Assembly: GCA_030526225.1 (NCBI GenBank)
Contig: JAUNDF010000019.1
Span: 1 to 30,988 of the forward strand
Length of the DNA: 30,988 bases
Source of the DNA: Clostridia bacterium
GTDB taxonomy: Bacteria > Bacillota > Clostridia > Christensenellales > Aristaeellaceae
Direction of reading: 5' to 3'
This document shows positions 9,233 to 18,296 of this stretch, piece after piece; within the stretch, counting starts at the first letter, position 1, and each line of letters begins with the position of its first letter. The position numbers and the translations under genes are program-made. The notes below the pieces were generated by a model. The model was not told the DNA's origin. It did no database searches and saw nothing but the letters and a program-made list of their open reading frames with translations.

Positions 9233-10775
9233 CGAAATCGTTTTCCGGGAGGGTGTGCGCAACTCCTTCCCCTGGGATGAAAGCGGCTATACCCTGGTCG
9301 GCGAGGCCCCGGACGGCGAAATCGCCCTGACCATGATCCGCGACCAGAACCCGGACATCATCGTCACCGACATCCGCATGCCCTTTATGGACGGGCTGCA
9401 GCTGTGCGCCGAAATCCGCCGCATCATGCCCTGGGCGGGCATCATCATCCTCTCCGGATACGATGATTTCACCTACGCCCGCAAGGCCATGGCCATGGGG
9501 GTGCAGGAGTATCTGCTCAAGCCCGTGAACGTCACCGAGCTGCGGGATGCGCTGGACCGGGTGTACGGCCGCATGCAGGAGGAAAAGCGCCTGCGGGAAA
9601 ATGCCCGGGGCATCCGGGAAAGAATGGGTGCCAACAACCGCTTTGTCAAGGACAAGCTGCTCTTTGCATTGCTGGCAGACGAGCTGGATGAAAAAAGCGC
9701 CGCCACCATGATTGAGCAGCTGCGGAAAATCGGCATCAATCTGTTTGCCCAGCGCTATGCGGTGCTGGATATCTCCTTTGAGCAAAACGAAAACCAGACA
9801 AGGGACAAGGCCATGGATGTGCTGTACTCCCTGTCCGATGCGTCCTCTGGGGCGGCTATGGTCTGCACGGGCAAAAAGGGCGCGCTGGCCATTATCCTTG
9901 GGGACAGCGATGCGGATACGGAGGAGCGGGCCTACGGCTTTGCGGATTCCGCCGTGAAGGCGCTGGAGGAAAGCGGCTTCCGGCGGGTGCTGGTGACGGT
10001 GGGGGACACCGTGACCCGGCTGACGGAGCTGCCCGCAAGCATGAAGGCCGCCCGTCATCTGCGCCATCTGCACACCCTTGGCGAGCAGACAGAGCTGCGG
10101 GTGGTGGGCAGCCGGGACATCGGCAGTGCCCCGGAGAAAAAACGGCAGATGACCATTCGTCCCCTGCATGAGCAGATTCAGTATATCAGCGCCTCCCAGC
10201 TGGATTCCCTGTTCGACAGCTATGTGCAGTCACTGGATGCGGGGGATTTGCACGCCTATGTGGTCAGCGATTACCTGCAGGTGGAGGCTATGCTGACGGC
10301 CAACCGCATCGTGCTGGATGCCGGCGGCGACCCCGAGCAGGTACTGGGCAGCAAGGAAAGCATGTCCTTCGGCGATCACGATTTTGCCGCCGCCCGGGGC
10401 CTCCTGCGAAAGGCCATCGAGTACCGCGACAAAAACGCCACCCACAAGACCAACCCGGCCATCGCCCGGGCAAGAAGCTACATGTCCCAGCATTTTCAGG
10501 ACCCGAACCTGATGCTGCAGGATGTGGCCGACCATGTGGGCATGTCCTCCAGCCGCTTTTCCACCGTGTTTTCGCAGGAGACGGGCTACACCTTCACCGA
10601 ATACCTCACCGAGCTGCGCCTGAGCAAGGCCAAGGAGCTGCTCCGCGCCACCCAGCTGCGCTCTCACCAAATCTGCGAGATGGTGGGCTACAACGACCCC
10701 CACTACTTCAGCTACCTGTTCCGCAAAAACACCGGCGTCACTCCCAGCGAGTACAGAAGGGCAGAGAAGGGGTGA
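9207..10775 (+). CDS. YesN-type response regulator (REC domain + C-terminal AraC/XylS HTH)
   Basis: REC motifs VFLVDDE, DIIVTDIRMPFMDG, ILSGYDDF and YLLKP. The C-terminal AraC HTH is MLQDVADHVGMSSSRFSTVFSQETGYTFTEYL...GYNDPHYFSYLFRKNTGVTPSEYR. GTG start with RBS GGGGGAG 7 nt upstream. TGA stop. Confidence 0.88.
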   Translation: MVKVFLVDDEIVFREGVRNSFPWDESGYTLVGEAPDGEIALTMIRDQNPDIIVTDIRMPFMDGLQLCAEIRRIMPWAGIIILSGYDDFTYARKAMAMGVQEYLLKPVNVTELRDALDRVYGRMQEEKRLRENARGIRERMGANNRFVKDKLLFALLADELDEKSAATMIEQLRKIGINLFAQRYAVLDISFEQNENQTRDKAMDVLYSLSDASSGAAMVCTGKKGALAIILGDSDADTEERAYGFADSAVKALEESGFRRVLVTVGDTVTRLTELPASMKAARHLRHLHTLGEQTELRVVGSRDIGSAPEKKRQMTIRPLHEQIQYISASQLDSLFDSYVQSLDAGDLHAYVVSDYLQVEAMLTANRIVLDAGGDPEQVLGSKESMSFGDHDFAAARGLLRKAIEYRDKNATHKTNPAIARARSYMSQHFQDPNLMLQDVADHVGMSSSRFSTVFSQETGYTFTEYLTELRLSKAKELLRATQLRSHQICEMVGYNDPHYFSYLFRKNTGVTPSEYRRAEKG

Positions 10776-10970
10776 GAGGGCTCCCAGTTACATCCCTTCC
10801 ATACAAGCTGTCAAACACATGCAACGGAAATGTATTTGATGGCCAAACAAAAACCATATCAAACAAACAGGCGATAGAAAAATCAACTGTTTGTGAAATA
10901 ATTTTCAACCTTTGACAGCAAAACGGATTCCGATGGGAAATATTCAACCAAAATTGAAATGTTTGTGCAT

Positions 10971-10998
10971 TTGCTTTTGTTTTCGTGTGTGCTATCAT
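10971..10998 (+). promoter_or_regulatory. Candidate promoter of the ABC transporter operon
   Basis: TTGCTT-N16-TATCAT, with TGC immediately upstream of the -10 (extended -10-like). It sits about 45 nt upstream of ATG 11045. Confidence 0.35.
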
Positions 10999-11044
10999 CA
11001 AGACAACGGCAGAAGCCGAAAAGAGATTTTTGGAGGTACTCATC

Positions 11045-11973
11045 ATGAAGAAACTGTTTGCTGTCGCTATGGCGCTGGTCCTGGCATTGAGCCTGTGTGT
11101 GACCGCTATGGCCGATACCATCACCGTTGGTATCGTCAACAATCCCCCTTCCGAATCCGGTTACCGTGAAGCCAACGTAAAGGATTTTGAGCGCGTGTTC
11201 TGCGAAGACAACGGCTACACCGCCAAGACCGCTTACAGCCTGAAGAACGACGAGCAGCTGAGCGCCGCTCAGCAGTTCATCACCGACGGCGTTGATTACC
11301 TGCTGGTATCCGCCGCTGAAACCACCGGTTGGGACGTTGTGCTGGCAGCTGCTCAGGAAGCCGGCATCCCCGTGTTCCTGTTCGACCGCACCATCGATTG
11401 CGACGACAGCCTGTATGAGGCAGCTGTTGTTTCCGACATGCGCAATGGCTGAAGGGCCTGGGCCTGGACTCCTACAAGATCGTGCACATTCAGGGCGCTA
11501 TGGGCTCCGACGCTCAGATCGGCCGTACCAATCCCCTGACCGAGCAGGTTGCTGCTGACGATGCCTGGACCCTGGTTGTGGAACAGACCGCTACCTGGGA
11601 CGAAGCTGAAGCCAAGAAGATTACCGAGTCCGTCATCAACTCCGGCGAACCCTTCAACATCATCTACGCTGAAAACGACGGCATGGCACGCGGTGCTGTT
11701 GCTGCTCTGGACGAAGCCGGCATCACCCACGGCAAGGACGGCGACGTGATCGTGATGGGCTTTGACTGCAACACCTGGGCTCTGGAAGAAGTGCTCAAGG
11801 GCGCTTGGAACTATGATGGTCAGTGCTCTCCCTTCCAGGCTGATGTCATCGACGGCATGATCAAGAAGCTGGAAGCCGGCGAAACCCTGACCGAGAAGAA
11901 GATCATCTCCGAAGAAAAGGGCTTCGACTGCAACACCATCACCGCTGAAGACGTGGCCAACTACGGCATCTAA
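11045..11973 (+). pseudogene. YtfQ-like ABC transporter sugar-binding protein, disrupted by a frameshift near 11440-11452
   Basis: Signal peptide MKKLFAVAMALVLALSLCVTAMA, with RBS GGAGG 8 nt upstream. The N-terminal half is in frame 2 and ends at TGA 11450-11452. The C-terminal half (AQWLKGLGLDSYKIVHIQGAMGSDAQIGRT...) continues in frame 1, which is open from 11419. It is a paralog of the SBP at 6751-7725. TAA stop at 11971-11973. Confidence 0.75.
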
Positions 11974-11989
11974 TCCAACAAAACAAAGG

Positions 11990-12025
11990 GCGCGGTGCGG
12001 CGGAAAAACCGCACCGCGCTTTTTT
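11990..12025 (+). terminator. Intra-operon Rho-independent terminator/attenuator after the SBP gene
   Basis: GCGCGGTGCGG-cggaaaaa-CCGCACCGCGC (11-bp perfect stem) followed by TTTTTT. Confidence 0.8.
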
Positions 12026-12081
12026 CAGAAATCATCAGCGCCGCTGCAACGGTAAATCCTTAGGATAAAGGAGTCCTGACC

Positions 12082-13593
12082 ATGCAAGACAACATCGTCC
12101 TCACCATGCGAGGCATATGCAAATCATTCCCCGGCGTTCGTGCCCTGAACAACGTGGATTTTACCCTCCGCAAGGGTGAGATTCATGCGCTGATGGGCGA
12201 AAACGGCGCAGGAAAATCAACCTTGATCAAGGTGCTCACCGGTGTGTATTCCCGTGATGCGGGTCAGGTGAACATCGCGGGCATCGAGGGCGATGTGGCC
12301 ATCCGCTCCCCCAAGGATGCACAGGCCGTGGGCATTTCCACCGTGTATCAGGAAATCACGCTTTGCCCCAACCTGTCCGTGGCGGAAAACATCTACATCG
12401 GCCGGGACAAGCGCACCCTGATTCACTGGAAGGAGCGGGAGAAGAAGGCGGATGCCATCCTGCAGAGCCTGGGCATCCCGGCACGGGCGGCACAGCAGTT
12501 GGGCAGCTGCTCTCTTGCTGTGCAGCAGATGGTGGCCATCGCCCGGGCGGTGGATGCCGACTGCAAGGTGCTCATCCTCGACGAGCCCACCTCCTCCCTT
12601 GATGAAAAGGAAGTGAACATGCTCTTCAAGCTGATGCGGGAGCTGAAGGAGCGCGGCGTGGGCATCATTTTCGTTACCCACTTCCTGGAGCAGGTGTACG
12701 CGGTGTGCGACCGCATCACCGTGCTTCGCAACGGCGAACTGGTGGGCGAGTACCCCATCGAAGAGCTGCCGCAGGTGGAGCTGGTCTCCAAGATGATGGG
12801 CAAGGCGCTGGAGGACCTTTCCGGCATGAAGAAGAAGGAATTCACCCCCGACAGCACGGAGGAGGCTGTGTACGAGGCACACAACCTGTCCAGCAATCAG
12901 GGTGTCAAGCCCTTTGACTTCCGTATCCGCGCCGGTGAGGTCAACGGCTTTACGGGCCTGCTGGGCTCGGGCCGCAGTGAGAGCGTTCGCGCCATTTTCG
13001 GTGCCGACCATGTGACCGGCGGCGTGGTGACCATGCATGGCAAGCGGGTCAAGGTTTCCAACCCCCGTGAGGCTATGAAGCACGGCATCGCGTATCTGCC
13101 CGAGGACCGCAAGGATGACGGCATCATCGCCGACCTGTCCGTGCGGGAAAACATCATGCTGGCCATGCAGGTGATGAACGGCTTCTGGAAGCCCGTATCC
13201 CGGGCAAAGCAGGAGGAATTTGCCCGGCAGTACATCGATGCCCTGCAGATTAAAACCGCATCGGCCGAAACGCCCATCAAATCCCTGTCGGGCGGCAATC
13301 AGCAGAAGGTCATTCTGGCCCGCTGGCTGCTGCTGCACCCCGACTACCTGATTCTTGATGAGCCCACCCGCGGCATTGACGTGGGTACAAAAACGGAAAT
13401 TCAGAAGCTTGTTCTGAAGCTGGCAGAGGAGGGCACCGGCGTAACCTTTATCTCCTCCGAGATTGAGGAAATGCTGCGCACCTGCTCAAGGCTGATTGTC
13501 ATGCGCGACCGCAACATTGTCGGCGAGCTGCGCGGTGACGAGCTCAGTCAGGACAACGTGATGAAGACCATCGCAGGAGGCAACCGCACATGA
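12082..13593 (+). CDS. Sugar ABC transporter ATP-binding protein with duplicated ABC domains (RbsA/YtfR/MglA-like)
   Basis: Walker A GENGAGKST, Walker B LILDEPT in both halves, and signature LSGGNQQKV in the second half. RBS AGGAG. The TGA stop overlaps the next start (ATGA). Confidence 0.9.
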   Translation: MQDNIVLTMRGICKSFPGVRALNNVDFTLRKGEIHALMGENGAGKSTLIKVLTGVYSRDAGQVNIAGIEGDVAIRSPKDAQAVGISTVYQEITLCPNLSVAENIYIGRDKRTLIHWKEREKKADAILQSLGIPARAAQQLGSCSLAVQQMVAIARAVDADCKVLILDEPTSSLDEKEVNMLFKLMRELKERGVGIIFVTHFLEQVYAVCDRITVLRNGELVGEYPIEELPQVELVSKMMGKALEDLSGMKKKEFTPDSTEEAVYEAHNLSSNQGVKPFDFRIRAGEVNGFTGLLGSGRSESVRAIFGADHVTGGVVTMHGKRVKVSNPREAMKHGIAYLPEDRKDDGIIADLSVRENIMLAMQVMNGFWKPVSRAKQEEFARQYIDALQIKTASAETPIKSLSGGNQQKVILARWLLLHPDYLILDEPTRGIDVGTKTEIQKLVLKLAEEGTGVTFISSEIEEMLRTCSRLIVMRDRNIVGELRGDELSQDNVMKTIAGGNRT

Positions 13594-14660
13594 AAAAAAT
13601 CAAGCAAAGCCTGATGAAGTTGCGTTCCTCGCAGCTGCTGGTGCCATGTATCGCCGTGGCACTGCTGGTGATCTTCAACCTGATTCGTGATCCTTCCTTC
13701 TTCTCTGTATCCCTTGCGGCCAACAACAACGGCGACCCGGTGCTGACCGGCAACCTGATTGCCATCCTCAACGGCGCATCCGAGCTGGTGATTCTGGCCA
13801 TGGGCATGACGCTGGTCACCGCGGCCTCCGGCGGACAGGATATCGCCGTGGGCGCCACTGCCGCCATTGCGGGCAGTGTGTTTGTCAAGGTGCTCTCCGG
13901 CGGACCCATCACCGGCGGCACCATCCTGCTGGGCTTTGTGTGCTGCTGTCTGGTGGCCATGCTCTTCGGTGCCTTTAACGGCACGCTGGTGGCCGTATTC
14001 CGCATCCAGCCCATGATTGCCACGCTGATTCTCTTCACCTGCGGCCGCTCCATCGCTTACTGGATTAACGGCGGCGCCACCCCCACGGTGGAAAGCCCCA
14101 TCGTCACCGCCATCGGCAGCTTTATCCCCGGTGTGCCGGTGCCCACCCCCATTTTCATTGTCCTTGCGGTGGGATTGATTTTCGCCCTGCTGTTCCGCTT
14201 CACCAATCTGGGCCTGTACACCCAGACCGTGGGCATCAACCAGCGGGCAGCCCGCCTCAACGGCCTGAACCCCACGGCCATCAAGCTGCTGGCCTTTGTC
14301 ATCCTCGGTGCCTGCTGCGCCGTGGCCGGTGTCATCTCCGTATCCCGCCTGAGCCTGATTAACCACGAAACGCTGCTGCTGGAAATTGAGATGGATGCCA
14401 TTCTGGCCGTGGCCATCGGCGGCAACTCCCTGGGCGGCGGCAAATTCAAGCTGTCCGGCTCCATCATCGGCGCCTATGCCATCCGCATGCTGACCACCAC
14501 CCTCTACGCCATGAAGGTGCCTTCCACCTCCGTTAAGGCATACAAGGCCGTGGTCATCATCCTGCTGGTGGTGATGGGCTCTCCCGTGGTGAAGCAGTTC
14601 TTCGGGAAGCTGAGCGCAAAAATCAAGGCGAAGACCGCCGGAAAGGAGGCCCGGGCATGA
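13590..14660 (+). CDS. Sugar ABC transporter permease (RbsC/YtfT-like)
   Basis: Polytopic hydrophobic protein with the BPD_transp_2-type pattern (GGIDISVG-like GGQDIAVG, INGGATP). Translationally coupled by ATGA overlaps at both ends. Confidence 0.85.
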   Translation: MKKIKQSLMKLRSSQLLVPCIAVALLVIFNLIRDPSFFSVSLAANNNGDPVLTGNLIAILNGASELVILAMGMTLVTAASGGQDIAVGATAAIAGSVFVKVLSGGPITGGTILLGFVCCCLVAMLFGAFNGTLVAVFRIQPMIATLILFTCGRSIAYWINGGATPTVESPIVTAIGSFIPGVPVPTPIFIVLAVGLIFALLFRFTNLGLYTQTVGINQRAARLNGLNPTAIKLLAFVILGACCAVAGVISVSRLSLINHETLLLEIEMDAILAVAIGGNSLGGGKFKLSGSIIGAYAIRMLTTTLYAMKVPSTSVKAYKAVVIILLVVMGSPVVKQFFGKLSAKIKAKTAGKEARA

Positions 14661-15706
14661 ACAAGCAGCCTAAACTCCGTCAAAGAGAGCCCATGAGTGA
14701 AACGCAGCTGCTGATGACCATTGCCATCTGCATTTTTGTGGTGATGTACGGTCTGGCCATCGTTTTCCTGGGCGGCGGCTTCCAGCGGACACAGCAGTTC
14801 TTCAACATCCTCAATGACAACGCGGCATTGCTGATTATCTCCTGCTCCCTGACCATCGTCATGATCTGCGGCGGCATTGATATTTCCGTCGGCGGCGTCA
14901 TCGGCCTTGTGGTGATGACCTGCGTGGTGTACCTGAATTCTGCGGGCGCCAGCATCCCGGTGGCACTGCTGATTGCCCTTGGCATCGGCGCGGCCTTCGG
15001 TGTGGTGCAGGGCTTCCTTGTATCGTATCTGGAGATTCAGCCCTTCATCGTAACCCTTGCCGGCATGTTCTTTGCCAGAGGCATGACCACCATCGTCAGC
15101 GTCAATCCTCAAAAGGTGGCTCACGAGGGCTTCCTTGCGCTGATGAAGCAGAAGATTGAAATCCCCTGGCTGGGCTATGTGGCCAAGAAGGGCAATCTGG
15201 TGCCTGCCCGATTGGAAATCGGTGTCATCATCGCGCTGGCGGTGGTGGTGCTGGTGTATGTGCTGCTGCGCTACACCAAGCTGGGCCGCGGCTTCTATGC
15301 CATCGGCGGCAACCAGCAGAGCGCACTGATGCTGGGCGTAAACATCAAGCGCACCCGCTTTATTGCCCATACCCTGTCCGGTCTGCTGGCCGGTCTTGCG
15401 GGCTTTGTGTTCCTGATGCACACCGGTGCCGGCAACGCCACCAACGCATCCGCGGCGGAAATGAACGCCATTGCCTCCTCCATCATCGGCGGCACGCTGC
15501 TCACCGGCGGCGTGGGCAATGTGTTCGGCACCCTCTTCGGCGTGCTGACGCTTGCCACCATCAAGGCCATCGTGCCTGCCTCCGGTCTGACCGAGCCCTG
15601 GTGGCAGTCCATCACCACCGGCGCCATGCTGTGCTTCTTCATCCTGCTGCAGAGCGTGGTGCTGAAAAAGCGCGGCAGCAAAAAGGCAAAGGCTGCCAAG
15701 GAATAA
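14657..15706 (+). CDS. Second sugar ABC transporter permease (YjfF/RbsC-like)
   Basis: Polytopic protein with GGIDISVGGVIGL and QPFIVTLAGMFFARG motifs. A two-permease layout is typical of YtfQRT-YjfF-type furanose transporters. TAA stop. Confidence 0.85.
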   Translation: MNKQPKLRQREPMSETQLLMTIAICIFVVMYGLAIVFLGGGFQRTQQFFNILNDNAALLIISCSLTIVMICGGIDISVGGVIGLVVMTCVVYLNSAGASIPVALLIALGIGAAFGVVQGFLVSYLEIQPFIVTLAGMFFARGMTTIVSVNPQKVAHEGFLALMKQKIEIPWLGYVAKKGNLVPARLEIGVIIALAVVVLVYVLLRYTKLGRGFYAIGGNQQSALMLGVNIKRTRFIAHTLSGLLAGLAGFVFLMHTGAGNATNASAAEMNAIASSIIGGTLLTGGVGNVFGTLFGVLTLATIKAIVPASGLTEPWWQSITTGAMLCFFILLQSVVLKKRGSKKAKAAKE

Positions 15707-15810
15707 CCGTTTTGCAGAGGTGTCCGCCGGGCGGGCATCTCTGCTTGCGCCTGTGAAAGATTTCTGCCGGGAAAAGGATTATGACGGCTGTATGGAGAAA
15801 TTCTTTTCAC

Positions 15811-15840
15811 AGAAGATGAGGGGAGTCGAACCCCTGTCCG
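15811..15840 (-). other. tRNA/tmRNA 3'-end-like fragment (T-arm plus 3' acceptor strand); not a complete RNA gene
   Basis: Minus strand reads CGGAC-AGGGG-TTCGACT-CCCCT-CATCTTC-T. It has a canonical 5-bp T-stem and a TTCGACT T-loop. No matching 5' acceptor strand, D-arm or anticodon arm lies upstream, and there is no CCA. Confidence 0.4.
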
Positions 15841-15887
15841 AAACAAGCGAAACAAATACCCCAACAATCAATCGGAGGGACTAAAAT

Positions 15888-17480
15888 ATGGAAAACACCC
15901 GCATTGCCGAATATATTGCCTCCGGCCTTGCATCGGCCGGTATCGAGCTGGGCTCCACCCGCATCAAGGCGGTGCTCATCGGTGACGATTTTGCCCCCAT
16001 CGCCCAGGGCGACCATGCATGGGAAAACCGGCTGGAGAACGGCGTATGGACCTATCATCTGGAGGATGTATGGGCGGGCATTCAGGATGCCTTTGCCAAC
16101 CTGAAAAAGGATGTGGAAAGCCGCTACGGCGTTCAGCTGACGAAGCTGGCAGGCCTCGGTATTTCCGCCATGATGCACGGCTATCTGGTCTTTGACAAGG
16201 ACGGAAAGCAGCTGGCGGAGTTCCGCACATGGCGCAACACCATGACCGGCCCTGCCGCCGAAAAGCTGACGGCCATGTTCGGCTTCAACATCCCACAGCG
16301 GTGGACCATTGCCCATCTGGGGCAGGCCATCCTGAACAAGGAAGGCCATGTGGGGGATATCGACCAGCTGACCACCCTGGCCGGTTATGTGCATGCAAAG
16401 CTCACCGGCTGCAAGGTGGTGGGCGTTGGCGAGGCCAGCGGCATCTTCCCCATTGATGACAAGGGCCAATACGATGCGGCCATGGTTGAAAAGTTCGATG
16501 CGTTTGCCCATGAGGCTGGCTATGGGTGGAAGCTGACGGACATCCTGCCCGGCGTGCTTTCCGCCGGTGATGATGCCGGTACCCTGACAGCTGCCGGCGC
16601 ACTGCTGTTGGATCCTACGGGACAGCTGCAGCCCGGCACACTGATGGCACCCCCCGAGGGCGATGCCGGCACCGGCATGGTGGCCACCAATTCCGTGGCC
16701 GCCAGAACCGGCAATGTAAGCGCCGGCACCTCCGTGTTTGCCATGATTGTGATGGAAAAGGCGCTGTCGAAGGTGTACCCGGAAATCGATATGGTCACCA
16801 CGCCCACAGGCCGTCCTGTGGCCATGGTGCACTGCAACAACTGCACCAGCGATATCAACGCATGGGCCGGCATGCTGCAGGGCTTTGCGCAGGCCATGGG
16901 CATGGATGCCTCTCTGGGTGACATTTTCCCCGCCATGTTCAAGGCCGCCGCTTTGGGCGACAAGGACTGCGGCGGCGTGATTAACTACAACTACTTCTCC
17001 GGCGAGCCGGTAACCGGGCTGGATGAAGGCCGACCCATGCTTGTCCGCATGCCCGATGCGAAGCTGTCCTTCCAGAACCTGTGCCGCTCGCTGGTGTTCG
17101 GCGCGGTGGCTTCCCTGAAGCTGGGTATGGATATCCTGACCGGGGAAAAGGTGGCCATTGACCGGCTGCTGGGCCACGGCGGCTTCTTCAAAACACCTGA
17201 GGTGGGCCAGCGGATTCTGTCCTCCGCCCTCGGCACCCCCGTTTCCTGCATGACCACCGCCGGTGAAGGCGGCCCCTGGGGCATGGCCATTCTGGCGGCC
17301 TATCGGGTCAACGGCAGCGGCATGGCGCTGGAGGATTACCTGACGGAGAAGGTCTTCGCCGGTGCCGACTGCACCACCATCGCCCCCGATGCGGAGGATG
17401 CCGACGGCTTCGCCAAATACATCGCCCGCTATGCCGAGGGCCTGAAGGCCGAACAGGCGGCTGTGGACAGCCTGAAATAA
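15888..17480 (+). CDS. FGGY-family carbohydrate kinase, candidate (L-)ribulokinase/xylulokinase given the adjacent araD
   Basis: The N-terminal actin-fold phosphate-1 motif is GIELGSTRIKAVL. The 530-aa length and overall pattern match FGGY kinases. RBS GGAGGG. TAA stop. The substrate is inferred from gene context only. Confidence 0.7.
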   Translation: MENTRIAEYIASGLASAGIELGSTRIKAVLIGDDFAPIAQGDHAWENRLENGVWTYHLEDVWAGIQDAFANLKKDVESRYGVQLTKLAGLGISAMMHGYLVFDKDGKQLAEFRTWRNTMTGPAAEKLTAMFGFNIPQRWTIAHLGQAILNKEGHVGDIDQLTTLAGYVHAKLTGCKVVGVGEASGIFPIDDKGQYDAAMVEKFDAFAHEAGYGWKLTDILPGVLSAGDDAGTLTAAGALLLDPTGQLQPGTLMAPPEGDAGTGMVATNSVAARTGNVSAGTSVFAMIVMEKALSKVYPEIDMVTTPTGRPVAMVHCNNCTSDINAWAGMLQGFAQAMGMDASLGDIFPAMFKAAALGDKDCGGVINYNYFSGEPVTGLDEGRPMLVRMPDAKLSFQNLCRSLVFGAVASLKLGMDILTGEKVAIDRLLGHGGFFKTPEVGQRILSSALGTPVSCMTTAGEGGPWGMAILAAYRVNGSGMALEDYLTEKVFAGADCTTIAPDAEDADGFAKYIARYAEGLKAEQAAVDSLK

Positions 17481-17495
17481 GGGGAGGAAACCGAC

Positions 17496-18197
17496 ATGAT
17501 GCTACCCGAACTTCGCCGCGTGGTGTATGAGCAGAACATGGAGCTGCAAAAGCGCGGTCTTGTGACCTACACCTGGGGCAATGTATCCGGCATTGACCGG
17601 GACAAGGGCGTGTTTATCATCAAGCCCTCCGGCGTGGATTATGACAAGCTGTCCCCGGAGAATATGGTGATTGTGGACCTGGAGGGAAAGCGGGTGGAGG
17701 GTGATTTGAACCCCTCCTCCGACATGCTGACCCATCTGGAGCTGTACAACCACTTCCCGGAAATCGGCGGCGTGGTGCACACCCATTCCCCCTATGCGGT
17801 GGCATGGGCGCAGGCAGGGCGGGACATTCCCTGCTACGGCACCACCCACGCGGATTACTTCTACGGCACCATCCCCTGCACCCGCAGCCTGACCCCGGAG
17901 GAAATCGATGCCGGGTACGAGCGCAACACCGGCGTGGTGATTATCGAGACCCTTGAGGAACGGAAAATCAACCCCATCCACACCCCCGGCATCATCTGCC
18001 GCAACCATGGCCCCTTCGCCTATGGCAAAAATGCGGAGGATGCGGTGTATCACGCGGTGGTGCTGGAGGAGGTGGCCAAAATGGCCCTGTTCACCAAGCA
18101 GATTAACCCCGATGCAGGCCCCGCGCCCAAGCACATTATGGATAAGCACTTCCTGCGCAAGCACGGTCCCAATGCGTACTACGGGCAGAAGAAATAA
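17496..18197 (+). CDS. araD: L-ribulose-5-phosphate 4-epimerase
   Basis: Close match to my recollection of E. coli AraD along its length ([64 protein letters not shown]). RBS GGGGAGG. TAA stop. Confidence 0.9.
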   Translation: MMLPELRRVVYEQNMELQKRGLVTYTWGNVSGIDRDKGVFIIKPSGVDYDKLSPENMVIVDLEGKRVEGDLNPSSDMLTHLELYNHFPEIGGVVHTHSPYAVAWAQAGRDIPCYGTTHADYFYGTIPCTRSLTPEEIDAGYERNTGVVIIETLEERKINPIHTPGIICRNHGPFAYGKNAEDAVYHAVVLEEVAKMALFTKQINPDAGPAPKHIMDKHFLRKHGPNAYYGQKK

Positions 18198-18205
18198 CAG
18201 GCAAG

Positions 18206-18237
18206 TCCCCTGCAGTGAACGCCGCAGGGGATTTTGC
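18206..18237 (+). terminator. Rho-independent terminator after araD
   Basis: TCCCCTGC-agtgaacgcc-GCAGGGGA followed by TTTTGCTT. Confidence 0.7.
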
Positions 18238-18296
18238 TTGACAGCGGCGGGCGTATCCGTGATAATACAAGCATCAGTAAAACGGGAGGATGTCCC

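Noticed and set aside
11438-11452. Programmed ribosomal frameshifting as the explanation for the split SBP gene.
   Set aside because: There is no slippery heptamer or RF2-like CUU-UGA context and no downstream structure. The paralog comparison indicates missing sequence, so a deletion is more likely than a recoding site.
15811-15880. A complete tRNA gene on the minus strand.
   Set aside because: Only the T-arm and the 3' acceptor strand are present. The sequence 65 nt upstream cannot pair with CATCTTC, there is no D-arm or anticodon arm, and the region overlaps the kinase RBS.
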